64,000 bases of DNA from Thermodesulfobacteriota bacterium (GTDB lineage: Bacteria; Desulfobacterota; Binatia; Bin18), in contig OZ219926.1 in the NCBI GenBank assembly GCA_964291405.2, positions 224,001 to 288,000 on the forward strand, read 5' to 3'. The position numbers and the translations under genes were made by a program. This document shows, in pieces, positions 1-9,362 of this stretch; positions within the stretch are counted from its first letter, which is position 1, and each line of letters opens with the position of its first letter. The notes under the pieces were generated by a model. It saw nothing but the letters and a program-made list of their open reading frames with translations, ran no database searches and was not told the origin of the DNA.

Positions 1-630
1 ATCAAACGTTGCCGCGCTATTGGGTAAACGGTCTTCCCGACGAGGTTGGGGCTGACGACGGATCCGCCGGAGCGATGGGGAATAGGCGAACATGTCTATT
101 TTCGTCCGGAACGTTTGATCCGTCCGATAGCCTATCCATAAGGTCTGATTCCCATACCGTTCGGGTGGAGAGACGCTTTGGGAGAGCCAGCGATAGATTT
201 CCTGGCCGGGCTGAGCGGCATACAGATGTTCTCCAAACCCATTCTCGGGAAAATACAGGATGGGAATAAGCGTCACGCGTTGATCCATAAATCCCGAGTT
301 CGTCACGGAGAAAGCCATATCGATCAGGACACAGTCCCAGAATGGCGAGTGTGGGAACTCCATAGCTCGTAGCGCCATTTCTTCAGCCGTATAGGGTGGC
401 CGAAACGGAAAAGACTCGGCCGGTAGATAGAGGACCTTTGCATCCCGCGGCGTGTCACTACGGAGGTCGAGCGCATTCTTTTCTTCGTCCGTGAGCTCGG
501 CAACCGTTTTCCAGGTTTTTCGTGAGATCGGACTGCTTTGATCTGCCGCTACAATCGCGGCCCCTATACTACCGGAAGACAGCAGGCAGGAGACAACGAG
601 CCACAAGAGCTGTTGCGCGCGAAGAGCCAT
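1..630 (-). CDS. DUF1329-like periplasmic protein, paralog of 632..1984 (3' end runs off the window)
   Basis: Not in the ORF track. Manual translation from ATG at 630 gives a signal peptide, then RKTWKTVAELTDEEK...DTPRD...YLPAESFPFRPPYTAEEMALRAMEFPH...YSPSLRRIRRQPQPRREDRLPNSAATFD, collinear with the adjacent gene. Confidence 0.85.
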   Translation of the reverse strand, partial: MALRAQQLLWLVVSCLLSSGSIGAAIVAADQSSPISRKTWKTVAELTDEEKNALDLRSDTPRDAKVLYLPAESFPFRPPYTAEEMALRAMEFPHSPFWDCVLIDMAFSVTNSGFMDQRVTLIPILYFPENGFGEHLYAAQPGQEIYRWLSQSVSPPERYGNQTLWIGYRTDQTFRTKIDMFAYSPSLRRIRRQPQPRREDRLPNSAATFD

Positions 631-631
631 C

Positions 632-1984
632 TTACTGCTGCACTTTGGCCTCAATGAGCGGAGAGGAAATGTCGAAGACCAGATGTCCGGCTTCTTCTTG
701 CAAACGGTAGCGCTGCGCCAGCTCTGCAGAAATGGCAACGGTCCGGTCTTGCGGGAATTTCTCTAGATACAAGAGCGGGCGGAGAAAGAATTTTTCCGGA
801 GAATAGACCAGAGATTGGGATTTGAGCGGATACTTGAGCCAATTGCGGCGCATGAAGTCGGGCTCGAACATCGTCTCTCGGTCTTCCTGGGGCCACTCCT
901 TCACCCAGTGGGCGTCATGGGCGCTATAGCTCATCAGGTCGAGGGCGAGGTCGTAGTAGACCGTAAACAGTCCGGCGTAGCCGCGTTCTTCCAGTTCCGG
1001 GTTGGCGAGATAGGCATTCCGCACCTCAATCATCCGCAGTTGATTGTCATTGTCATACTGCTCGATACGCAGCGGATAGAAGCTGTGCTGATCGAACCAG
1101 TATATCAGCCGGCTCATACGGTAGTGCGGCAACCAATCTTCTTTCCTGGTCGCCTCAACCACATAACAGGCCACGCCACCGTCCGCCGTATAGTGCGGAT
1201 AGGTATCGCCCAGCATTTTAATCTGGTCCGACGGGACCTCATTAAAACTTCCGTCGGGCGTGGCCAGGGTGACCGTCGGACGGGTATTTGGGAAACGAAT
1301 AGTCTCATGCAGCACATCCGTGCCAAGCAGGCGCCACGAGAACTCCCAGGCATCGCGCCCCACCACATCGTCAAAGGTCTGGACATTATTGGGGAAGCGC
1401 GCGTCCCGGCGGGGCTGAGGCTGGCGGCGCACGCGGCGCAGGTTTGGGCTGTAGATGAAATTATCGAGTTTGGTTGTTTCTTCCTTGTCCGTTCGTCTCA
1501 ATATCCACAGGTCCTGAAGACCCTGGTTCTCGGGTGGATAGGTATAGAAGAAGACCATCCGAAAATAGGCCTCCCCCGGCGCCATGCTGAGCTGGCCGGG
1601 TACCCCATACTCGTCCGGGATATAATGGCTATAGGCCAGTGTTATGCCTTCATCCAGAAAGCCGTTGCTGGTAATGGCGCCGAACACATCGGCCATGGCG
1701 TGCGACCAGCGGGCGATGTGCGGGAATTCCATGGCCCGATAGCCCATCTCTTCCGCGGTATAGGGCGACTGAAAGGGATAGGCTTCAGCCGGGAGGTAAG
1801 GAATCGTCGTATCCCGGGGGGTATCGACCCGGAAATCAATGCGCGATTTTTCCCCTTCGGACAGTTCTTCTACTATCTTCCAGGTCTTGCGCAGGCCGCC
1901 GTTCTGCTCGGCAGCCCCGGCGACCGGGAGCGCCAGGCTGGACAGCAAGGCCCAGACCGTCAGGAAAAAAAAGCGCCCATTCAT
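632..1984 (-). CDS. DUF1329-like (LolA-like fold) periplasmic protein
   Basis: 450 aa with N-terminal signal peptide; YSPNLRRVRR motif typical of DUF1329; adjacent to a DUF1302-like barrel. Confidence 0.75.
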   Translation of the reverse strand: MNGRFFFLTVWALLSSLALPVAGAAEQNGGLRKTWKIVEELSEGEKSRIDFRVDTPRDTTIPYLPAEAYPFQSPYTAEEMGYRAMEFPHIARWSHAMADVFGAITSNGFLDEGITLAYSHYIPDEYGVPGQLSMAPGEAYFRMVFFYTYPPENQGLQDLWILRRTDKEETTKLDNFIYSPNLRRVRRQPQPRRDARFPNNVQTFDDVVGRDAWEFSWRLLGTDVLHETIRFPNTRPTVTLATPDGSFNEVPSDQIKMLGDTYPHYTADGGVACYVVEATRKEDWLPHYRMSRLIYWFDQHSFYPLRIEQYDNDNQLRMIEVRNAYLANPELEERGYAGLFTVYYDLALDLMSYSAHDAHWVKEWPQEDRETMFEPDFMRRNWLKYPLKSQSLVYSPEKFFLRPLLYLEKFPQDRTVAISAELAQRYRLQEEAGHLVFDISSPLIEAKVQQ

Positions 1985-1990
1985 AATCGG

Positions 1991-3619
1991 TCAGAACTCG
2001 TAACTCAGTTCCCAGCCGATATTGTCCCATTTATTATATTGACCGTACAGGTCAGTCCGATCACCGCTACTGAACGCCGTATAAATAAGGCGGCCCGTAA
2101 TGAATTGGGAAAAACGGTAGCTCGAAACAAATTTCGTTTTTATGCCCTGCCACTTCTTCTGCGGCAGACTGATCACTGGAACGACGGTCAGCTCCAAGCG
2201 CAAACGGTCACGGGTGAAACGAAACGGGCGCCCAATAAACATAACCGGCAGGAGGCTCATTTCATCTCCGATTCCTCCGCCAAAGCCACCGCCGAGATTG
2301 CGACGCCAGTCAAAGGTATACAACAGGGAAGGCTGTATAATCGCGGAGGTGTTGCCGGGGAAGGCGAACTCCAGCGCAATCGCGGCCCGCAAGGTGTCAC
2401 GCCGAATGATCCCAGAGTTGAGATATCCGTCCCGTGCGCGCTGCTGATGGTCAAAGTCGGCGAAGGGAACGTCTTTGGTCCACAAGCCCTCAACCCGCAA
2501 CACAATCGGCAGTTCGCCAACAAGCGGCATGTTCGAGAGCGCGGAGGCATAGTCGGCGGTGATGCCGAGATGATGCAAGCGGGTAAAACGGGGCTGAAAG
2601 GTCAGATAGGGGTCCCCGGCGGCATCAATATCGCGGTCGACAATGAAGGATGTCGGGTTTTTATTCCAGGCGTAATAATAGATGAGACCCCAGGTGAGCG
2701 GTTCCATGGAAACATCAAGCCGCAGGCCGTACTGATGATCACCGAAATCCCCCGCAGACGGGCGCTTCGTCTCTCTAAACTGATCCCCGGTCGCGTTTTG
2801 CCGGCCGTCCAGGAGGGCTTTCGTCTCCGTATCCCTGGGCGGAGCCAGGGGCGAATACCACGGCGAGCCGGGGACCGGATTCCGGTCCTGCTCAAAGTTC
2901 GGAATCCACAGGAAGTTGAGAGAGTTTGCCCCAAAGAAATAGGTCACGTTGGCCATCCAGGCCGGCAGCCGTCGCCACTCGTAGTCACTCGCCTCAAGCT
3001 GGACGGACTCGCGCCGGTCCATGCCGTTGATGACGTCAATATATTGGCCGTCCATTTTTCCCCAGGCGATTTGTTGCTTGCCCAGGACTACGTCGAGGTT
3101 ATGGGTGCGATAGCTGATGTACAACTCGCGTACAATACGCTCGAAGTTATGATAGGCGCGGAATGTCTCGCTCGTCCGGGGGGCAAACAGACCGGCGGAA
3201 TCCTGCCAGTTGTACACGCTGTCGTACATAAAGTTGTTGATATTGGTGATTTCGATATTGGGTGAGACTTGGTAGTGGAGTTCCAATTCCAACAAATTCT
3301 GCATCTGGGAGAAGCGGAAGTCTTTCCGTCGATTGCCGACACGACGATCACCCGAGAGTTGGATATCAGACCATTGACGGAGAAATCCCCGGAACGTCAG
3401 GGCCGGGACCTGCCGTTCGACGGGCTGGCGGACGTAGCGCCCGGCCGGATCAAAGGTGGACAGAAAACGATCAAAGCGTGACCAGGCATTCACGACCTTA
3501 TCAACCTGTTTGTCCATGAAATAGCCGTAACAGGGAGAAACATTGGCCGAGATCGCCAGGAGGAACAGTCCACCGAGGATACTACAGACTACGGATATAA
3601 GCCCGCGTTTACCGTGCAT
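1991..3619 (-). CDS. DUF1302-like outer-membrane beta-barrel protein
   Basis: Signal peptide; RELY...LGKQQIAWGKMDG motif; C-terminal beta-signal WELSYEF. Confidence 0.75.
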   Translation of the reverse strand: MHGKRGLISVVCSILGGLFLLAISANVSPCYGYFMDKQVDKVVNAWSRFDRFLSTFDPAGRYVRQPVERQVPALTFRGFLRQWSDIQLSGDRRVGNRRKDFRFSQMQNLLELELHYQVSPNIEITNINNFMYDSVYNWQDSAGLFAPRTSETFRAYHNFERIVRELYISYRTHNLDVVLGKQQIAWGKMDGQYIDVINGMDRRESVQLEASDYEWRRLPAWMANVTYFFGANSLNFLWIPNFEQDRNPVPGSPWYSPLAPPRDTETKALLDGRQNATGDQFRETKRPSAGDFGDHQYGLRLDVSMEPLTWGLIYYYAWNKNPTSFIVDRDIDAAGDPYLTFQPRFTRLHHLGITADYASALSNMPLVGELPIVLRVEGLWTKDVPFADFDHQQRARDGYLNSGIIRRDTLRAAIALEFAFPGNTSAIIQPSLLYTFDWRRNLGGGFGGGIGDEMSLLPVMFIGRPFRFTRDRLRLELTVVPVISLPQKKWQGIKTKFVSSYRFSQFITGRLIYTAFSSGDRTDLYGQYNKWDNIGWELSYEF

Positions 3620-3632
3620 GAAATATCTTTCC

Positions 3633-4877
3633 TTACTCGTGTTCTACGGGCGTTGGGCGGCTGACGAGGATACCGTCCCGCGCTAACCGCTCCAGTTGGT
3701 CAGCGCTATAGTCCAGATAATTGCAGAGGATGGAGTCGTTGTGCTCTCCCAAATCCGGCGCCTCAAACGGGGCATCGGTTCTGGCTGGGCTCGAAAAGCG
3801 GAACGGAAACCCAGGCAGAACAAAATCACCCAACACCTTATCCTGTATCGGTCGGATAGCCTCACGCTCAAGCAAATGGGGATGATTGACCACTTCCGGA
3901 ATGGTCAGGACGGGTGCGGCCGGCACGCGTTCACGGTGTAGAGCGGCGACGGCCTCTTCTCGATTCGGCATGGTGCCGAGCCAGGCTTCAATGGCCTGGA
4001 TGAGTTCTTTTTTATGATGGACCCGATCCCGGTTGGTACGGAAGCGCGGATCTTCTACAAATTCCGGATGTCCAATGGTTCGCGCCACGCCTTGCCATTG
4101 ATGGTCAAGGGCGCCCACGATGACCACGAACCCGTCTTTTGCCTGAAAAATACCGCACGGGGCCAGCCCCATATGGTGGGCGCCACTCCGGGTTGGAACG
4201 AATTTACCGCCCGAGGCGCTATGTGATTGAATCGTAAAATCATGCGAATGGATATAGGCATCGAGCAGCGACACGTCGATATACTGGCCTTCGCCTGTCC
4301 GCTCACGGTGCAACAGCGCACAGGCAATCGCGCCAAAGGCGTGCACCCCAGTACTCACATCGCCAATCGCAGCCTGGGGCATGGCTGGCGCACGGCCGCG
4401 TTCGCCAGTGACTTCATTGAATCCAGAATACGCCTGGGCGATGAAATCATAGCCGGGCACATGGGACAGCGGGCCGGTCTGACCAAGGGCTGAAATTGAA
4501 CACATGATGATACGCGGGTTCAGTTTTTGCAGTTCTTCATAGGCAAAACCGAGCCGTTTGATCGCACCCGGACTATAGTTCTCGACCACCACATCCATAT
4601 GCGGAATGAGCCCGCGTATGATGTCCCGCCCCTCCTCCGTCTTCAGATTCACACACAGACTTTGTTTGCAGACATTGTGCTGGATAAAATAGCCGCTACG
4701 GCCCTTTTTCAGAATCCCGTTGAGGCGAGCCGGGTCTCCTTTCGGGGCCTGCTCAACCTTAATAACTTCAGCCCCCATTTCGGCCAACAGGCGTGTCGTC
4801 GTCGGTCCGGCAACAATCTGCGTAAAGTCCAGCACTTTATAGCCAGCTAACATACCCTGACGTGACGCGCCTGCCAT
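3633..4877 (-). CDS. Class III (CaiB/BaiF) CoA-transferase
   Basis: VLDFTQIVAGP, GAEVIKVE, VVVENYSPG, GQTGP, catalytic-Asp motif IGDVSTG, APDLGEHN. Confidence 0.93.
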   Translation of the reverse strand: MAGASRQGMLAGYKVLDFTQIVAGPTTTRLLAEMGAEVIKVEQAPKGDPARLNGILKKGRSGYFIQHNVCKQSLCVNLKTEEGRDIIRGLIPHMDVVVENYSPGAIKRLGFAYEELQKLNPRIIMCSISALGQTGPLSHVPGYDFIAQAYSGFNEVTGERGRAPAMPQAAIGDVSTGVHAFGAIACALLHRERTGEGQYIDVSLLDAYIHSHDFTIQSHSASGGKFVPTRSGAHHMGLAPCGIFQAKDGFVVIVGALDHQWQGVARTIGHPEFVEDPRFRTNRDRVHHKKELIQAIEAWLGTMPNREEAVAALHRERVPAAPVLTIPEVVNHPHLLEREAIRPIQDKVLGDFVLPGFPFRFSSPARTDAPFEAPDLGEHNDSILCNYLDYSADQLERLARDGILVSRPTPVEHE

Positions 4878-4934
4878 ACTGAGTCCCCTTCCCTCAATAC
4901 TTATAGAGTAGTTTGGCCGAACGGCTGAATGAAG

Positions 4935-4986
4935 GTTCAGTTACATGAACTGCCGCGATCCTAGCCACAAGCCACCACCGATGCAA
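4935..4986 (-). promoter_or_regulatory. Putative sigma70 promoter with a downstream palindromic operator-like site
   Basis: Minus strand TTGCAT(4986-4981)-17 nt-TAGGAT(4963-4958); inverted repeats GTTCA-N6-TGAAC and CAGTT-N5-AACTG at 4935-4952. Confidence 0.4.
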
Positions 4987-5030
4987 GGTGGGGTTCTTAT
5001 GATTCTCTTACGGAATGCTGGTCGCCGGAG

Positions 5031-6248
5031 CTAAGTCAGCACCTGCTCGTCCCGCAGTTTTTGCACCTCGTCGCCGGAATAGCCGAGAATATCCTGCAAC
5101 ACATAGTCCGTATGTTGCCCGCGCTGTGGGGCCGCAGTTTGGACTTCGCACGGAGAGCCGCTCATCTGCCACGGGATGCCAGCGTGAATGCGTTTGTCGA
5201 ACTCGGGATGTTCTTTTTGCACGAGATAGCCGCGTTCTTCCAGATGTGGATTAGTTGCCAGGTCTTTATTGCTCTGAGACGGGTAGGCAGCTACGCCGGC
5301 TTTCTGCAGTACCTCGGTCACCTCCCAGCGGTCGCGTTCGCTCGTCCAGGCTGTGATGAGTTCTTCGAGCGCATCCTCGTTCGCTTTCCGAGCCGCCGCA
5401 TCAGTAAAACGTTTGTCCGTAGCCAGTTCTGGCTGGCCTATGGCCTGGCACAGGGCCAGCCATTCCGCGTCGCTACCACACACAATGGTCACCCATTTCT
5501 CGGCATCGCCCTTGCACTTAAAGCAGCCGTGGGGCGCCATCCAGCGGTCCCGGTTGCCGTCGCGTTCAGGCTGAGTCTGATTCATCACATAATCCATGAT
5601 GCCTTCGGGCATCAGGACAAGCAGGGCCTCCCATAATGCCAGATCAACATGAATCCCCTTACCGGTGCGGTGGCGATAGGCCAGCGCAGCTATGGCGGCA
5701 AACGAGCCAAAGATGCCGGCGTTCGGATCACCATACGAAATACCGATCTCCGCCGGCCCAACCCCCGGATAACCGGTTAGCGACGAGATCCCCGCCAGTG
5801 GAACGGAGGCCGGTCCATAGCCCATATATTTGCGTTCCGGCCCGGTTTGTCCGTAGCCACAGATGGAAATCATGATGATATCGGGTTTGAGTTGCTTGAG
5901 CGTGTCATATCCAAAGCCCATGCGGTCAATCGCCCCGGTTGAGAAGTTCTGCACGACGATATCGCTCTTGGCAATAAGCTTTTTGACAATCTCCGTTGCC
6001 TCGGGTCGAGCCAGATCAAGCTGGAGGCTTTTCTTGCCCTGACTGTATTGGTTGAAATAGCCGGCTCGGTTCGGTCCTGGTTCGTTGTCCGCAAACGGCG
6101 GGATCAGTCGGGTGACGCACGGACGTTTTTCACTTTCAATCCGAATCACTTCCGCGCCCATATGCGCCATTTGGAGCGTGCAGTAAGGCCCCGCCCAGGC
6201 CCAGGTGAAATCGGTTACGCGAATGCCTTCTAATGGTCGTCGTGCCAT
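5031..6248 (-). CDS. Class III CoA-transferase
   Basis: VTDFTWAWAGP, GAEVIRIE, GYGQTGP, YGDPNAG. Confidence 0.93.
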   Translation of the reverse strand: MARRPLEGIRVTDFTWAWAGPYCTLQMAHMGAEVIRIESEKRPCVTRLIPPFADNEPGPNRAGYFNQYSQGKKSLQLDLARPEATEIVKKLIAKSDIVVQNFSTGAIDRMGFGYDTLKQLKPDIIMISICGYGQTGPERKYMGYGPASVPLAGISSLTGYPGVGPAEIGISYGDPNAGIFGSFAAIAALAYRHRTGKGIHVDLALWEALLVLMPEGIMDYVMNQTQPERDGNRDRWMAPHGCFKCKGDAEKWVTIVCGSDAEWLALCQAIGQPELATDKRFTDAAARKANEDALEELITAWTSERDRWEVTEVLQKAGVAAYPSQSNKDLATNPHLEERGYLVQKEHPEFDKRIHAGIPWQMSGSPCEVQTAAPQRGQHTDYVLQDILGYSGDEVQKLRDEQVLT

Positions 6249-6293
6249 GACGTTCTCCTTTGTCTCATTCCCAGGTCAGAGCGGTCAGCTTCC

Positions 6294-7499
6294 CTAAATA
6301 ATCCCGCCCTGCTTCAGCTCATCGATCTCGGCTTGGGAGAGCCCAATCCGAGCGTAGACCTCATTATTATGCTCGCCGAGCTGCGGCGCCGGACGACGGA
6401 TGGCGTAGCCAACGTCCTTCACTTTAAAGGGGGCGCCTGGATATTGCAGCGTGCCGGCTACCTGATGGCTGATTTCCGTAAAGAATTCCCGCGCCTTGAG
6501 GTGCTCCGAGGCCATCAGATCTGACATGGTATTCACTGGGGCCATGCAGATGCGGCGCTCTTGACCGGCTTTATACAGGTCGGCAACCGTCCACTCCGCG
6601 GCGAACTCTTGAAGAAAGGGCATCAGGGCATCATAGTTCTGGCCCCGGACGACGCGATCGGCAAAAATCTCCAGGGTTGCCCATTCAGGATTACCCATCA
6701 GCTCGACAAGGCGCTGCCACTGATCTTCTTCCACGCAAATCACAAAGAGTTTTCCGTCTTTACAGTCGACCATGCACCAGGGATAGATGGACCGCCGGCC
6801 CAGCCGTGAGGTTTCCAGGCCGCTATAAGTGTAGTGCATGAAATTCATTTCCAGGATGGCGGCAATACATTCTTGGATGGAGACATCGAGGTGCTGGCCT
6901 TCGCCCGTCAGACATTTATGATAATACGCGCCAAGCGTTGCGACACCGGCGTGCACCCCGCCCTGAAAGTCGGTCTGATGGCCAAACGCTTTGAGGGGCG
7001 GCAGTTCCGGGTAATCGGAGGCGCCCGGGCTGATAAACGCCCATCCCCCGGCGTTACTCGCCGTCAGGTCATAGCCGAGGTAGTCACTGTGCGGTCCGGT
7101 CTGACCAAAGTAAGAAATCGAGGTCATGATCAGACCCGGATTGATCTGACCCAGCTTCTCGTAATCCAGACCGACCTCGGGCATCTCGCGCGGGCTGTAA
7201 TTATGTAGCAGGATATCGGCCTGGGCGCATAAACTCTGCAAGACCGCCTGCCCTTTGGGTTCGCGCAGATTCAGCGTGACGCCTTGCTTATTGGCATTCA
7301 AGTACAGGAATAGACCGCTCTTTTCGGCATGCGGGGTATCGCCAGGAAAGGGCCCACGTTGTCGGGCGACGTCACCGCTCGGCGCTTCTACCTTCACCAC
7401 ATCCGCCCCAAAGTCGGCGAGCAGCTTGCCGGTATAGGCAGCAGAAACCATATTGCCGCACTCAACGACGTTAATCCCTGACAGGAGTTGTTCAGCCAT
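6294..7499 (-). CDS. Class III CoA-transferase (BbsE-like N-terminus)
   Basis: VVECGNMVSAAY, GADVVKVE, FLYLNANKQGVTLNL, FGQTGP, APQLGEHN. Confidence 0.9.
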   Translation of the reverse strand: MAEQLLSGINVVECGNMVSAAYTGKLLADFGADVVKVEAPSGDVARQRGPFPGDTPHAEKSGLFLYLNANKQGVTLNLREPKGQAVLQSLCAQADILLHNYSPREMPEVGLDYEKLGQINPGLIMTSISYFGQTGPHSDYLGYDLTASNAGGWAFISPGASDYPELPPLKAFGHQTDFQGGVHAGVATLGAYYHKCLTGEGQHLDVSIQECIAAILEMNFMHYTYSGLETSRLGRRSIYPWCMVDCKDGKLFVICVEEDQWQRLVELMGNPEWATLEIFADRVVRGQNYDALMPFLQEFAAEWTVADLYKAGQERRICMAPVNTMSDLMASEHLKAREFFTEISHQVAGTLQYPGAPFKVKDVGYAIRRPAPQLGEHNNEVYARIGLSQAEIDELKQGGII

Positions 7500-7530
7500 G
7501 ACAGTCCTCCTTTGTTGAGGCTTTGATTGT

Positions 7531-8748
7531 TCAAATGACGCCGCGTGCGGTCAGGGCGGCCAGTTCATCTGAGCTAAAATGTAATAAACCAGAATAGATC
7601 TCTTGGTTATGTTCTCCGATTGCCGGTCCCGACCAGCGTGCCTCGCCGGGGGTCTCGCTGAGTTTGGGGACGATGCCGGGCATTTTAAGTTCACCCAGGA
7701 CCCGGTCGTGCAAGGAAACCAGCATGTCGCGCGCCGCAAAATGCGGGTCTTGGACAATGTCGGCGATACTGTAGACCGGACCGGCGGGAATGGTTGCGCC
7801 CTCGACCAGCGGCAGCAATTCTGACAGCTCATAGGTCACCGTCCAGTCCGAGACAATAGCATCAATAGCCTCACGATTTTCAGCCCGCACGACCTGGTTC
7901 TCGAAACGGGGGTCGGTGAGTAATTCTTCGCGACTCATGAGCGTACACAGCCGCGTGAACAGCCCATCGGTGTTGGCGGCAATCACAATCCACTGCTCGT
8001 TTTTACACGGATAGAGATTCGACGGCGCAAACCCAGGCAACAAGGTCCCGGTCCGTGTCCGCTGGTAGCCGGTTTTTTCGTATTCCGTCAAGGTCGCCTC
8101 CAGCACGGCAAACACGGCTTCATATAAAGCCGTATCGATCACCTGGCCGGTTCCGCCGTTGACATCACGATTATAGAGCGCCATCAGTGTGCCCAGCGCG
8201 GCAAACATACCGGCCAGGGAATCACCAATGCTGATACCCACCCGACAGGGGGGTCGGTCCGGAAAGCCAACCAAGTGGCGCAGACCGCCAAAGGCTTCGG
8301 CCACGGCGGCAAAGCCGGGTTTTTCTCGATACGGACCGGTTTGTCCATACCCGGAGACGCGGGCAAAGACGAGACCTGGATTCAGCTCACGTAGAACCTC
8401 ATAGTCGAGGCCCCATTCTTCAAACACTCCTGGACGAAAATTTTCCACCAGGACATCGGACTGACAGACCAATCGGCGAAGCAGTTCCTGCCCTTCTGAA
8501 TCACGCAGGTTGAGAGAAATACATTTTTTATTGCGCGCAACGCTCGGCCACCACAGACTTTTGCCGTTCACCAGAGACTGGCCGACCGTGCGCATGGGGT
8601 CGCCCTTGTGGGGCGCTTCGACTTTAATGACCTCAGCCCCAAAGTCGGCCAGCAGACGGGCGCAAAACGGGCCGGCCAGCAGAACGCCACATTCAACCAC
8701 CCGAATACCGGCCAGTGGACCGCCAGGTTTGCTACCCTGTGTTCCCAT
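7531..8748 (-). CDS. Class III CoA-transferase (formyl-CoA transferase-like)
   Basis: LAGPF, GAEVIKVE, RNKKCISLNL, VLVENFRPG, SGYGQTGP, IGDSLAG. Confidence 0.93.
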   Translation of the reverse strand: MGTQGSKPGGPLAGIRVVECGVLLAGPFCARLLADFGAEVIKVEAPHKGDPMRTVGQSLVNGKSLWWPSVARNKKCISLNLRDSEGQELLRRLVCQSDVLVENFRPGVFEEWGLDYEVLRELNPGLVFARVSGYGQTGPYREKPGFAAVAEAFGGLRHLVGFPDRPPCRVGISIGDSLAGMFAALGTLMALYNRDVNGGTGQVIDTALYEAVFAVLEATLTEYEKTGYQRTRTGTLLPGFAPSNLYPCKNEQWIVIAANTDGLFTRLCTLMSREELLTDPRFENQVVRAENREAIDAIVSDWTVTYELSELLPLVEGATIPAGPVYSIADIVQDPHFAARDMLVSLHDRVLGELKMPGIVPKLSETPGEARWSGPAIGEHNQEIYSGLLHFSSDELAALTARGVI

Positions 8749-8888
8749 ATCGTTCCGCCTATCCGCGCGCGTACCGTTTCGCGGGCACGATAAGCCCTCT
8801 GGGTGCCATGGTCAAGATCGTTACTGCTACGACCAACTTGCACCAAGCTGTCAAAAATGGTCAGTATGCGCAGGAGTTGAACGTTCGT

Positions 8889-9362
8889 ATGGATTTCAAA
8901 GCCATCGGTGCAGTTGCCGAGATCGTAAGCGCGATTGGCGTTATCGCCTCGCTGGTCTATCTCGCCATCCAGGTACGGCAGAATACGCGCGCGGTCCGCA
9001 ACTCCACCCATCACGCCCTGACAACCACCCGACTGGACTACATTGCCCTGGTGGCCGAGAGCCCCGATCTCTCTCGGATTTTACGCGTTGGATCGGAAGA
9101 CTATGCTGTGCTGGCCAAAGACGAGCAGCACCGTTTTGATCTGATCATGTATTATTCCTTCTCCGCTGGTGAAAACTTCTTCTATCAATACACCCAGGGC
9201 GCCTTAGACCAGGAACAGTGGGAACGCTGGTGTGAGACCTTACGACAATATTTTGCCCAGCAGGGGATTCGGGAGTGGTTCGCCTCGACACCACGACGGT
9301 TTAGTGCGAGTTTTTCCGACTTTTTAGAGAACGAGTTCAAGAAAGCCGGCCAGACACAATGA
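8889..9362 (+). CDS. Hypothetical protein with an N-terminal transmembrane helix
   Basis: Likely start ATG 8889 (MDFKAIGAVAEIVSAIGVIASLVYLAIQVRQNT) downstream of AGGAG; the longer ORF-track start overlaps the divergent gene; the stop overlaps the next ATG (ATGA). Confidence 0.7.
   Translation: MDFKAIGAVAEIVSAIGVIASLVYLAIQVRQNTRAVRNSTHHALTTTRLDYIALVAESPDLSRILRVGSEDYAVLAKDEQHRFDLIMYYSFSAGENFFYQYTQGALDQEQWERWCETLRQYFAQQGIREWFASTPRRFSASFSDFLENEFKKAGQTQ

Noticed and set aside
1982-1993. Possible TGA read-through fusing the DUF1302-like and DUF1329-like genes (same frame, 6-nt gap)
   Set aside because: The upstream protein ends in a proper beta-signal (SYEF) and the downstream one has its own signal peptide; no SECIS-like hairpin was noticed.
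815-3265. 816-aa ORF on the + strand
   Set aside because: It is the antisense shadow of two real genes that share one reading frame; no recognisable motifs. Such shadows are common in GC-rich coding DNA.
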